DNA of 64,000 bases from an uncultured Alphaproteobacteria bacterium (GTDB lineage: Bacteria > Pseudomonadota > Alphaproteobacteria > RF32 > CAG-239): NCBI GenBank assembly GCA_944391715.1, contig CALXUP010000001.1, positions 13,790 through 77,789 of the forward strand, in the 5' to 3' direction. The notes beneath the pieces are model-generated. The model was not told the origin of the DNA. It saw nothing but the letters and a program-made list of their open reading frames with translations, and did not search any database. Both the position numbers and the translations under genes were made by a program. Each line of letters begins with the position of its first letter. Position 1 is the first letter of the stretch. Shown here piece by piece: positions 21,055 through 29,953 of this stretch.

Positions 21055-21880
21055 TTTTTATTTTCAGCGCCAATTCATAAACTTCATTTTTATTCAGGCC
21101 GTATTCGTCTACCAGCGCTTTGACGGCCGATTTTAAGCTCATTTCAGATAATTTTTCGGCCAGCAGAGCAGAAATATCTATTTCTTCCCCGCGTTTTTCT
21201 TCTGCCGGGGCAACCATAAAGACAAACTCGCCTTTCGGTTCTTTTTCGGTAAAAAGAGCGGACAATTCTTCCGCCGTCCCGGTCAGGCATTCTTCATAAA
21301 CTTTGCTGATTTCGCGAACAACGGCAATTTCCCGGCTGCCGAAAACTTCTTTTGCCGCTGCCAGGGTTTTTAAGATACGCGGTGCCGTTTCATAATAAAT
21401 TACCGTTGCATCCAGACCGGCATAAGCCTTGAATAATTCAATCCGCGCCTTATCTTTATTTGGAATAAAGCCGGCAAACATAAATTTGTTGGTCGGCAGC
21501 CCCGACAACTGGAGGGCACAAATCAATGCGCAGGCGCCCGGCAAAACCGTTACATAAACTCCCTGTTCCCGGCAACGGCGAATCAGCTTATAACCGGGGT
21601 CAGATATCAGCGGAGAACCGGCATCGCTGACCAGCGCAACGGCTTGTCCGTCGTCCAGAATAACATTTATCAGTTTTTGTGCCTGTTCTTCTTCATTGTG
21701 ATCATGCAGCGTTATAAACGTTTTTTTCAGGCTGATGCCCAGCAGGGAAAAAAGTTTTTTGGTTATTCTGGTATCTTCGCAGGCAATGACCGGCGCTTCC
21801 CGCAGCGTCTCCGTCGCACGGGGAGAAATGTCTCCGAGATTGCCAATCGGCGTTGCAACGATGTATAATCCGTTTTTCAT
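21044..21880 (-). CDS. rsmI: 16S rRNA C1402 2'-O-methyltransferase
   Basis: LYIVATPIGNLGD, CEDTR, VSDAGSPLISDPG. Confidence 0.96.
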   Translation of the reverse strand: MKNGLYIVATPIGNLGDISPRATETLREAPVIACEDTRITKKLFSLLGISLKKTFITLHDHNEEEQAQKLINVILDDGQAVALVSDAGSPLISDPGYKLIRRCREQGVYVTVLPGACALICALQLSGLPTNKFMFAGFIPNKDKARIELFKAYAGLDATVIYYETAPRILKTLAAAKEVFGSREIAVVREISKVYEECLTGTAEELSALFTEKEPKGEFVFMVAPAEEKRGEEIDISALLAEKLSEMSLKSAVKALVDEYGLNKNEVYELALKIKNEK

Positions 21881-21960
21881 ATTATCTCTTCTTTACAACA
21901 GCTTATTTTTACTTTAAACATTATGCAGATGATTGTTTTATATTTTGGGAAAAAAAGCAA

Positions 21961-23346
21961 GTGTTAAAAAAATTCAGTCTGGCGGTTCTGTGTCTGGTTA
22001 TGGCCGGTTGCGGGACTTCGCGAATCAATACAACCGGCGGCGTAAGAGATATTAATACCGATATTTCCGAAGTTACGCTGACATCGGACAGCTACCAAAA
22101 CGAACAGTTGTTTCGCGTCGGAATGCTGCTGCCGCTCACAGGAAGCGCCGCCACCGTCGGAAAGGGCCTGAAAAATGCTGCTCTTTTAGCGCTTGACGAT
22201 GTTCAAAATCCGAATCTGGTGCTGCAGTTTTACGATACGCAAAGTTCGCAAAGCGGCGCCCGGATTGCGATTGAAAACGCTGTTTCCCAGCAGTCTGACC
22301 TGATTGTCGGCCCTTTGATGAGCACTGAAGTTCAGGCATCTTCCGGACGCGCCGTATCCGATAATATTCCGATGATTGCTTTTTCGACCTCCAAAGACGT
22401 TTTGCAGCCAGGTGTTTATACGCTCGGGCTTTTGATTGACGAACAGGTCGAAAGGATTATGAATTATGCCGCAGCGGAGGGCAGAAGTCATTTTGCATTG
22501 CTGATTCCCGATAATAATCTTGGCATTTCGGTTGCCCGTGCTGCTGTTCGTACGGCACAGAAAAACGGCACAAAAGTCGTGCGGATTGCCTTTTATCCGC
22601 CCAATACTTCCAATTTTTCGGAGATTTTGAAAAAATTGACCGATTATTCGACCCGTCATGCCGAAATGCAGCGGCAAAAAGCTATTTTGAAAGCGCAAGC
22701 TAATGCCGGTAATGCCAAAGCCAAAAGAGAACTCGCCCTGATTAAAACAACAGATTCATCCGACGAGGTTGATTTTGACGCCGTTTTAATTCCGGAATCG
22801 GGCGCCAAACTGAAATCGGCAATTTCAATGTTCGGTTATTATGACATTTATGCTCCGAAAGTAAAATTTCTCGGCACTTCTATTTGGGAAAATACCAGAC
22901 TGAACAAAGAATCTTTGATTGTTAACAGTTGGTATCCGCGGCTTTCCCGTTATCAAAGCGGCTATTTTGCCGACAAATATTATAAATTTTACGGCGAAAG
23001 ACCCCGAAGCCTGTATTCCTTTGCCTATGACGCCGTGGCTCTGGCTTCCGCGTTATCAAAATATCAGGGCGACAATATGAATGCCGCCATTACCAGTCCG
23101 GAAGGTTTTATGGGAATTAACGGCGCTTTCCGCTTTTTTGAAGACGGCAGCAACCAGCATAGTCTGGATATTATGGAAATTAAGCCGCAAGGCGATGTTG
23201 TGGTCGACGCCGCTCCCAAGAAATTTGACGTTTTTGATTATAACATATCTTACAATAATGCTGTTTATGATTTTTCGGAAGAAGAAGTTCCGCTGATTTT
23301 CGGAAAAGATCCGGCATTGGCCCGGTCGCAGATTTATGCCCGCTAG
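21961..23346 (+). CDS. Penicillin-binding protein activator (LpoA/LppC-like lipoprotein)
   Basis: Lipobox MAGC after GTG start, LLPLTG, VGPL, AYDAV, GINGAFRF; divergent from rsmI as in yraM loci. Confidence 0.8.
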   Translation: MLKKFSLAVLCLVMAGCGTSRINTTGGVRDINTDISEVTLTSDSYQNEQLFRVGMLLPLTGSAATVGKGLKNAALLALDDVQNPNLVLQFYDTQSSQSGARIAIENAVSQQSDLIVGPLMSTEVQASSGRAVSDNIPMIAFSTSKDVLQPGVYTLGLLIDEQVERIMNYAAAEGRSHFALLIPDNNLGISVARAAVRTAQKNGTKVVRIAFYPPNTSNFSEILKKLTDYSTRHAEMQRQKAILKAQANAGNAKAKRELALIKTTDSSDEVDFDAVLIPESGAKLKSAISMFGYYDIYAPKVKFLGTSIWENTRLNKESLIVNSWYPRLSRYQSGYFADKYYKFYGERPRSLYSFAYDAVALASALSKYQGDNMNAAITSPEGFMGINGAFRFFEDGSNQHSLDIMEIKPQGDVVVDAAPKKFDVFDYNISYNNAVYDFSEEEVPLIFGKDPALARSQIYAR

Positions 23347-23407
23347 GATTTTAATATAATAACTCAGATTTTGCTTGAAAAGTAATGCAAAACAGATGAT
23401 ATTAAAA

Positions 23408-23500
23408 GGCGGAGAGCGCCGGACCGGCTGCCCGCCAATCTGGTCAGGTTCGAGAGGAAGCAGCCATAACGGGATTTGACGGGGTCGGTTGTTCTCCACC
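23408..23500 (+). ncRNA. ffs: Signal recognition particle (4.5S) RNA
   Basis: GGTCAGGTTCGAGAGGAAGCAGCC helix-8 motif; 5' GGCGGAGAGC pairs with 3' GTTCTCCACC; ffs-dnaX-ybaB-recR synteny. Confidence 0.92.
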
Positions 23501-23513
23501 CTTTTTTAAGAAA

Positions 23514-25262
23514 ATGACAATGGCTGAAGAAAATAAAGATCAATATGTTGTTTTAGCAAGAAAATACCGTCCGCAGAGTTTTGACGACCTGCTTGGGCAG
23601 GATGCGCTTGTGCAGACTCTTACCAATGCCATTCAGAACAACCGTCTGCATCATGCTTATATGCTGACGGGAATCCGCGGCGTCGGGAAAACGACAACCG
23701 CCAGAATCATTGCCAAAGCCCTGAACTGCACCGGCCCGGACGGAAAAGGCGGCCCGACGGTTCATCCCTGCGGCGTGTGTGAAAACTGTAAAGCAATTGC
23801 TGCTGACCGGCATATTGACGTTATGGAGCTAGATGCGGCTTCGCGTACCGGTGTGGACGACATTCGCGAAATTCTTGACGGCGTACGGTATAAGCCGACC
23901 AATGCCCGTTATAAAATATATATCATCGACGAAGTTCATATGCTCTCCAAAAACGCGTTCAACGCCTTATTGAAAACGCTGGAAGAGCCGCCGTCACATG
24001 TTAAATTTATTTTTGCCACGACCGAAATCCGCAAAGTTCCGGTTACCGTACTTTCCCGTTGCCAGCGCTTTGATTTGCAGCGCCTGACGATTGACACGCT
24101 GTTTAATCATTTTAAAAATATTATCGGAAAAGAAGGCCTGCAGGCAGAAGACGAAGCCTTAAAAATCATTGCAAAAGCGGCCGACGGTTCCTGCCGCGAC
24201 GGTTTGTCGTTGCTTGATCAGGCGATTTCTCTGAGTGCGGGCGGTATCGTTAAGACTGATATTGTTAAAAATATGATCGGCCTGGCTGACCGGAATCAGA
24301 CTTTTGAACTTTTTGAGCAGCTGGCGGAAGGCAAAACCGAAGATATGCTGGCGAATTTGCAGGAACAATACCGCAACGGGGCCAATCCGGTTACAATTTT
24401 GCAAGACCTTGTCAACATAACCCATATGATTGCCAAAACCAAAATTATTCCGGCGGCGCTGAACGGTTCTGACCTCTCGGAAAGCGAAAAAGAACTTTGC
24501 ACAAAACTCGGCCCCAAAATTCCGATTGCCGTGTTATCAAAAATCTGGCAGATGCTGTTAAAAGGAATCGCTGAACTGTCTGTTGCACCGGTGCAGATTG
24601 ATGCCGTGGAGATGATTTTAATCCGGATTGCCTATGCGGCCGGTTTGCCGACACCTTATGAACTTTTAAACGACGTAAAAAAAAACTCTAGCTTAGCCTC
24701 TCCGCTCATTATGCCGGAAAAAAAAAGTGCTGACGACATCTTAAAAGCCGTCGGCAGCGGAAAAAAAATAAGCCCGGTGCAGTTTGATACCTCAAATGAG
24801 GTTCCGGCAGGAGATTTTCTGACCTTTTCTTCTCCCGAACAGCTTGTCGATTATCTGGAAAACAACAAAAAAATGCTGTTGGCTTACAGCCTGAAAAATG
24901 ATGTTTCCATCAGCGAATTTCGCGACGGCTATATTAAAATGACGCTGGACAAGAAAGCGGATACCGATTTTATTATGGCTCTGCACAAAATGCTGCTTGA
25001 AGTTACCGGCAAACAATGGAAAATCGACTCGCAGCACGGTGACCTGGGCGTTACGCTGGCGGCCAAAGAACGCGCCAAAGACGAAGAGGCTAAAAAAGAC
25101 ATTATGGAATATCCGCTGGTTAAGGCGATTATGGCGGAATTTAAAGGTGCCAGAATCGAAACCATGACCAGAAATATTATAGAAGACGAGCAAAATTCGT
25201 TACTAAACAGCTTTGACGACGAGCTCGGTGAAAATGAAATTTATACCAATGATGAGGAGTAA
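23514..25262 (+). CDS. dnaX: DNA polymerase III subunit gamma/tau
   Basis: ARKYRP, GVGKTT, CGVCENC, IDEVHML, SRC. Confidence 0.97.
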   Translation: MTMAEENKDQYVVLARKYRPQSFDDLLGQDALVQTLTNAIQNNRLHHAYMLTGIRGVGKTTTARIIAKALNCTGPDGKGGPTVHPCGVCENCKAIAADRHIDVMELDAASRTGVDDIREILDGVRYKPTNARYKIYIIDEVHMLSKNAFNALLKTLEEPPSHVKFIFATTEIRKVPVTVLSRCQRFDLQRLTIDTLFNHFKNIIGKEGLQAEDEALKIIAKAADGSCRDGLSLLDQAISLSAGGIVKTDIVKNMIGLADRNQTFELFEQLAEGKTEDMLANLQEQYRNGANPVTILQDLVNITHMIAKTKIIPAALNGSDLSESEKELCTKLGPKIPIAVLSKIWQMLLKGIAELSVAPVQIDAVEMILIRIAYAAGLPTPYELLNDVKKNSSLASPLIMPEKKSADDILKAVGSGKKISPVQFDTSNEVPAGDFLTFSSPEQLVDYLENNKKMLLAYSLKNDVSISEFRDGYIKMTLDKKADTDFIMALHKMLLEVTGKQWKIDSQHGDLGVTLAAKERAKDEEAKKDIMEYPLVKAIMAEFKGARIETMTRNIIEDEQNSLLNSFDDELGENEIYTNDEE

Positions 25263-25271
25263 CAAAAAACA

Positions 25272-25592
25272 ATGATGAATATTCAGGGAATTATGAAACA
25301 GGCTCAGGCCATGCAGAAAAAAATGGAAGAAATGCAGGAAAAACTGGCTCAGGAGGAATGTGAAGGTTCTTCCGGCGGCGGCATGGTCAAAGTTACGCTG
25401 AACGGCAAATTCGACATGAAGAAGATTGTTATTGACAAGTCGTTGGTTAATCCGGAAGAGACAGACATTCTGGAAGATTTGATTACGGCTGCTTACAACG
25501 ATGCCAAAAACAAAGTTGATGCCAATATGCAAAAGGGTGTTTCCGACGTGACCGGCGGGTTGAATCTCGGCGGGTTGAAACTGCCGTTCTAG
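25272..25592 (+). CDS. ybaB: Nucleoid-associated protein YbaB/EbfC
   Basis: MKQAQAMQ, GGGMVKV, LEDLI; between dnaX and recR. Confidence 0.95.
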   Translation: MMNIQGIMKQAQAMQKKMEEMQEKLAQEECEGSSGGGMVKVTLNGKFDMKKIVIDKSLVNPEETDILEDLITAAYNDAKNKVDANMQKGVSDVTGGLNLGGLKLPF

Positions 25593-25602
25593 GAGAGTTC
25601 CG

Positions 25603-26199
25603 TTGGCCGGACAAGATATTGAAAAACTAATAAAACTTGTATCAAAACTGCCGTCTTTGGGTACACGTTCCGCCCGCAGGATTGTTTTGCAGCTGCTCAA
25701 AAAGAAAGAAACGTTGTTTCTGCCGTTAATCGAATCTATGCAGCAGGTGGCGGAAAATATCAAAACCTGCGAAATCTGCGGTAATTATGACACAACGTCG
25801 CCCTGCTCTATCTGTTCATCCCAAGTGCGGGAGAATCATATTTTGTGCGTCGTGCAAGATGTGGCCGATTTATGGGCGATGGAGAGGGTTTCTTTTTTCA
25901 AAGGTAAATATCACGTTCTGGGCGGGATTCTCTCTGCTATCGACGGAATAACGCCTGAGGATTTGAATATTGAACCTCTGCTTAAGCGAATCGATGAAGA
26001 GGGCATTAAAGAAATCATTTTGGCACTGCCGGCAACGGTAGACGGGCAGATTACCGCAAACTACATAAACTCCCGCCTGAAAAATCGTGAAGATATTAAA
26101 GTTTCGACACTGGCACAGGGGATTCCGATGGGTGCGGAACTTGATTATATGGATGAGGGTACTATTCAATTGGCGCTTAATGCCCGCAAACTTTTGTAA
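25603..26199 (+). CDS. recR: Recombination mediator RecR
   Basis: LPSLGTRSARR, CEICGN..CSIC, YHVLGG; TTG start with AGGAG RBS. Confidence 0.95.
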   Translation: MAGQDIEKLIKLVSKLPSLGTRSARRIVLQLLKKKETLFLPLIESMQQVAENIKTCEICGNYDTTSPCSICSSQVRENHILCVVQDVADLWAMERVSFFKGKYHVLGGILSAIDGITPEDLNIEPLLKRIDEEGIKEIILALPATVDGQITANYINSRLKNREDIKVSTLAQGIPMGAELDYMDEGTIQLALNARKLL

Positions 26200-26208
26200 A
26201 GGAAATTT

Positions 26209-26697
26209 ATGATGAAAAACAAATTCGGCTATTTTCTGGCTTCTTATTTCGGCGTAGGTTATTTTCCCTTTGCCTCGGGTACGGCGGGGTCTTTGATGAC
26301 GCTTCCGTTGGTTATGCTGGCCGGATATTACGGCGGGACAGCAGGAATTATCATTGCGGCGATTTTGGTTTTTGCCATTGGCGTATGGGCAACAAATGAG
26401 GTTTTGAAGACTTCCGAAAACAAAGATCCGTCTTTGGTGGTTATTGATGAAACGGCCGGGCAGCTGGTCAGCTTTTCTCTGGTTGGTAATCTGCTTTATC
26501 AGAGTTTTGACAACTGGTATTTATATATTATCGGTTTTGTTTTGTTTCGGGTTTTTGACATTATCAAAATGGGGCCGGTTAAATGGGCGGATTCCAAGCT
26601 GCATAATGCCTGGGGCGTTATGCTCGATGATGTTTTTGCCGGGATTTTTGCAGCGGTTTTGCTGTTGGGAATTGAGAAATATTTTATGGCTTTTTAA
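26209..26697 (+). CDS. pgpA: Phosphatidylglycerophosphatase A
   Basis: GTAGS, DPSLVVIDE, FRVFDI, GVMLDDVFAG. Confidence 0.92.
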   Translation: MMKNKFGYFLASYFGVGYFPFASGTAGSLMTLPLVMLAGYYGGTAGIIIAAILVFAIGVWATNEVLKTSENKDPSLVVIDETAGQLVSFSLVGNLLYQSFDNWYLYIIGFVLFRVFDIIKMGPVKWADSKLHNAWGVMLDDVFAGIFAAVLLLGIEKYFMAF

Positions 26698-26702
26698 TTG
26701 GG

Positions 26703-26732
26703 GAAAAGGGGGAACTTGTTTCCCCCCTTTTT
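26703..26732 (+). terminator. Intrinsic terminator after pgpA
   Basis: AAAAGGGGG-loop-CCCCCTTTTTT. Confidence 0.75.
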
Positions 26733-27146
26733 TATTTTCCCCCAAGGGGATTTTTTCTATTTTTATTGTTACTTTTTGAATGCCAAAAAATCTTTTCCTT
26801 ACTTCTTGTTTTGTTTTTTTATCCGAAATTATTTTTTCTTTGTTACTTTTTGGGTGCCAAAAAGTAACCAAAAAGGCAGCCCTCTCTCGCTTTCTAGGCT
26901 TTCAAGAAAAAGTTAGGGTCGCTACGCTCTCTACCATTGTACTTCAATTTTATCTCTTTTTCTTAAAAGCCAAGAAGTTGCTCGCGAAGGGCAAGGTCTA
27001 ACTCCCCCTTTCCCCCTCTTAGCAAAGAGGGGGTATAAAGTTTCTAAACCTAAGCCATTCGCAAAGGGCACTCAATCGTGCCGGATGAAGGATTGTGCTT
27101 TAGATGGAAGTGAAAGGGTATAGGGGCACTGTCATTCTCGGGCTTG

Positions 27147-27320
27147 AAGTCGATAGTTGGTGAGAACGAGTGCAAATCTCTAGCTTTAGCTTAGATTTGT
27201 ACGAAGTTCGAACCCTACGAGACGCAATTGCATTCGGCGTCGCGTGCCGCAGGCACTGGGACAGCCGGATAAAATCGCTGAGCTGGCGAAGTGCCAAGGG
27301 GCCCGCTTGCGGGAATTTAC
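27147..27320 (+). mobile_element. 174-bp non-autonomous element inserted in REP loop (long form)
   Basis: Splits GTCATTCTCGGGCTTG|ACCCGAGAATCC; same ends (AAGTCGATAG...GGGAATTTAC) as the reverse copy at 48409-48512. Confidence 0.8.
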
Positions 27321-27370
27321 ACCCGAGAATCCACAGGCAACGGCCTGAGCGGTCGGTTGTTGAAATTATG

Positions 27371-27553
27371 CTACAGAAACCGCGTTGCTCCATTGTTTTC
27401 CACGATCAAGATTCTGCCTTGAATGGTAGATTGCCGGGTCAAACCCGGCAATGACAAAAAAACACAACCCGGGGATGACCGGTGCGACCGGCGAGCGGCC
27501 AGTTGACAGCATTGTGCTGCAGAAGCTGCGGTATGATAATAAAACTTTCCCAT
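27371..27553 (-). CDS. Small ORF MGKFYYHT... (60 aa) reading into REP repeats
   Basis: AAGGAG RBS; synonymous differences (AAG TTT vs AAA TTC) relative to copies A and C. Confidence 0.4.
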   Translation of the reverse strand: MGKFYYHTAASAAQCCQLAARRSHRSSPGCVFLSLPGLTRQSTIQGRILIVENNGATRFL

Positions 27554-27576
27554 TTTTTAGCTCCTTCGTTTTGTTA

Positions 27577-27741
27577 AAAACAAAATCCGCCTAAAAAACA
27601 GGCGGATGGAGCCGAAAAACTGCATAGACCAGTTATGGCTATTCGTCGTGCGGGCACGCTTATATTGGATACTCCGCTGAAGCGGAATATTGTTTACAAG
27701 ATGTTTTCTAGACACCACAGTCAGCCTCCTGACTGCGTGAA
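27577..27741 (-). ncRNA. C4/P4-CI-like RNA leader, divergent copy B
   Basis: GCAGTCAG-GAGG-CTGACTGT, invariant GGTGTCTAGAAAACATCTT, ATATTCCGC-TTCA-GCGGAGTAT, terminator TCCGCCT..AGGCGGA-TTTTG. Confidence 0.55.
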
Positions 27742-27828
27742 TTATATTAAACGAATCTATGCTTTTTGCAAGCGTCTTTTTAAGGGAGGGAAGATGTGTC
27801 CCGGATGATACAGACGTAATTGTCTAAT

Positions 27829-28554
27829 TTAATGGATATTATCAATCAACCGGTCAAGATTATCCCGTTCCAGTTTATTATAGCCTTCTTCCACCTGTTC
27901 ATCGAGCTTTTTAGCTTTCTCAACGTCTTTTTTGAACTTTTTGACCTGAGGCTGAGTCAGTTTGTCAAACAGGGCCTGAGCGTCTTTTTGCTTTTTCTCT
28001 TCTTTGGCGGCGGCTTCTTTCTTTTTGTCTTCTTCCTCTTTGCCGTTCATTTCTTCGGCCTTTTTACGGATGCTTTCCAAAGTTTCTTCCGGAATCAGGT
28101 TTTCAATCGGTTTGGCAAAATTGCCGGCAATGTTAAAATATTTTGATTCCTGCAAAACTTCCGGCTGCTTGTCATGCGGCATAATCCAGCTTAGCAAAAT
28201 ATAAACCAGAACAATCAGCAAAAAAGCTCTCGCTATGCCGAAAAACAGCCCCAGAATCCTGTCCAGAGAACTCATTTTGGATATTCTGATATCGTTTATA
28301 ATCCCGCTGGTGGAAACGTTCCAGATTATCATAAAAACAATCAGAATGCTTAAGGCGGTGATAATTCCGCCAATCATTCCTTCGGCAATATATTCTTCCG
28401 TCAGCGGATTTAAGACCGGAAGCAGATAAATAACGGCAATCGTGCCCAGAACCCAGCCGATAATCGACAAGACCTCTTTTACCAGGCCGCGGCTCAGCGC
28501 TATCAGTCCGGAAATTCCGACCACAAACAGAATTATGACGTCTACGTTATTCAT
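27829..28554 (-). CDS. cvpA: CvpA (colicin V production) family membrane protein
   Basis: RGLVKEVLS, LDRILGLFFGIAR; downstream of radA. Confidence 0.9.
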   Translation of the reverse strand: MNNVDVIILFVVGISGLIALSRGLVKEVLSIIGWVLGTIAVIYLLPVLNPLTEEYIAEGMIGGIITALSILIVFMIIWNVSTSGIINDIRISKMSSLDRILGLFFGIARAFLLIVLVYILLSWIMPHDKQPEVLQESKYFNIAGNFAKPIENLIPEETLESIRKKAEEMNGKEEEDKKKEAAAKEEKKQKDAQALFDKLTQPQVKKFKKDVEKAKKLDEQVEEGYNKLERDNLDRLIDNIH

Positions 28555-28570
28555 CTTTTATCCTTTAATT

Positions 28571-29950
28571 TTAATTAAACCAATTAACCAGCCTTTGAAC
28601 ATTGCCGATTTCGTACAAAGACATTCCGTAGTCCCGTTTATTGCCGGAATTGTCCTTTTTATGCTCCGGCGGCATTATGGCACTGGCAAAGCCAAGCTTA
28701 TGCGCTTCTTTCAGCCGCAAGTTCGGCTGGCTGACCGCACGAATCTCACCCGAAAGACCGATTTCGCCAAAGATAACCATATCATGCGGCAGCGGTTTGT
28801 TGGTCAGCGAGGATATTACGGCCATGGCAACAGCCAAATCAGCCGCCGGTTCGGTTATTCTTAACCCACCGGCAATGTTCAGATATACATCCTGAGAGCT
28901 CAGATTTATGCCGCAACGGGCTTCCAAAACCGCCAAAACCATTGACAAGCGGTTGCTATCCCAGCCGACGACGGCGCGTTTGGGGCTGGCGTATCCGGTT
29001 TGGCTGACCAGCGCCTGGATTTCGACCAAAACCGGACGCGAACCTTCTATGCCGGCAAAAACGCAGGAACCAGAGATATTCCCCTGTCTTTCCGCCAAAA
29101 ACAAAGCCGATGGATTGTCTACTTCCACCAAGCCCTGATCCTGCATTTCAAAAACGCCGATTTCGTCAGTAGCGCCGTAACGGTTTTTTACCGCCCGCAG
29201 AATCCGGAAATGGTGCCCTCTTTCGCCCTCAAAATACAAAACCGTATCAACCATATGTTCCAAAACGCGTGGCCCGGCGATTGAGCCCTGTTTGGTAACA
29301 TGCCCGACTAAAAACAGTGTAAAACCTTTCTTTTTGGCCAGTTTTATCAGTTCATAACTGCAGGCTCTGACCTGGGCGACGCTGCCCGGTGTCGACTCGA
29401 CTTCTTCCAGATACATGGTTTGGATGGAATCGATAATCACCACAGCGGCATTTGACTTTTCCAATGTAGCGATAATGTCTTTAATATCGGTAGCACTGGC
29501 CAGTTTGACCGGCGCTTGTTCCAACCCTAAACGTTTGGCGCGAATCCGCACCTGGTCTATCGCCTCTTCGCCCGAGATATAATAACACTCCGGATGTTCC
29601 GGCAGATTAGCGATTTTAGCGCAGGTTTGCAGCAGCAACGTCGATTTTCCGATACCCGGATCGCCGCCGACCAATATAACCGATCCGGCGACTAAACCGC
29701 CGCCGCAAACGCGATCCAGTTCTTTGATTGAGGTTGACAGGCGGTTGAGTTTTTCCTGTGCGCCGCTTAAAGGCACAAAGTCGATGATTTTGCCTTTATG
29801 CTTGGGGGCAAGATTGGAAAAACCTTCTCCGCCGACTTTTTCTTCAACAATCGTATTCCATTCGCCGCAGGCATCGCATTTTCCCTGCCAGCGCGGATAT
29901 ACCGTGCCGCAGTTTTGACAAACAAACTCGCTGCCGCCCTTTTTTGCCAT
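28571..29950 (-). CDS. radA: DNA repair protein RadA/Sms
   Basis: CQNCG..CDAC, GDPGIGKST, KNRYG. Confidence 0.97.
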   Translation of the reverse strand: MAKKGGSEFVCQNCGTVYPRWQGKCDACGEWNTIVEEKVGGEGFSNLAPKHKGKIIDFVPLSGAQEKLNRLSTSIKELDRVCGGGLVAGSVILVGGDPGIGKSTLLLQTCAKIANLPEHPECYYISGEEAIDQVRIRAKRLGLEQAPVKLASATDIKDIIATLEKSNAAVVIIDSIQTMYLEEVESTPGSVAQVRACSYELIKLAKKKGFTLFLVGHVTKQGSIAGPRVLEHMVDTVLYFEGERGHHFRILRAVKNRYGATDEIGVFEMQDQGLVEVDNPSALFLAERQGNISGSCVFAGIEGSRPVLVEIQALVSQTGYASPKRAVVGWDSNRLSMVLAVLEARCGINLSSQDVYLNIAGGLRITEPAADLAVAMAVISSLTNKPLPHDMVIFGEIGLSGEIRAVSQPNLRLKEAHKLGFASAIMPPEHKKDNSGNKRDYGMSLYEIGNVQRLVNWFN

Positions 29951-29953
29951 AGC

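Larger units (their letters stand above)
26765..27773. repeat. Composite palindromic repeat island B
   Basis: 26765-26880 nearly identical to 47599-47716; contains hairpin unit, C-rich palindrome, REP pair and the promoter/RNA module. Confidence 0.9.

Noticed and set aside
27783-27793. AGGGAGGGAAG as a terminal inverted repeat matching the left end of islands A and C
   Set aside because: Only 10-11 bp and low complexity; no single island has both ends
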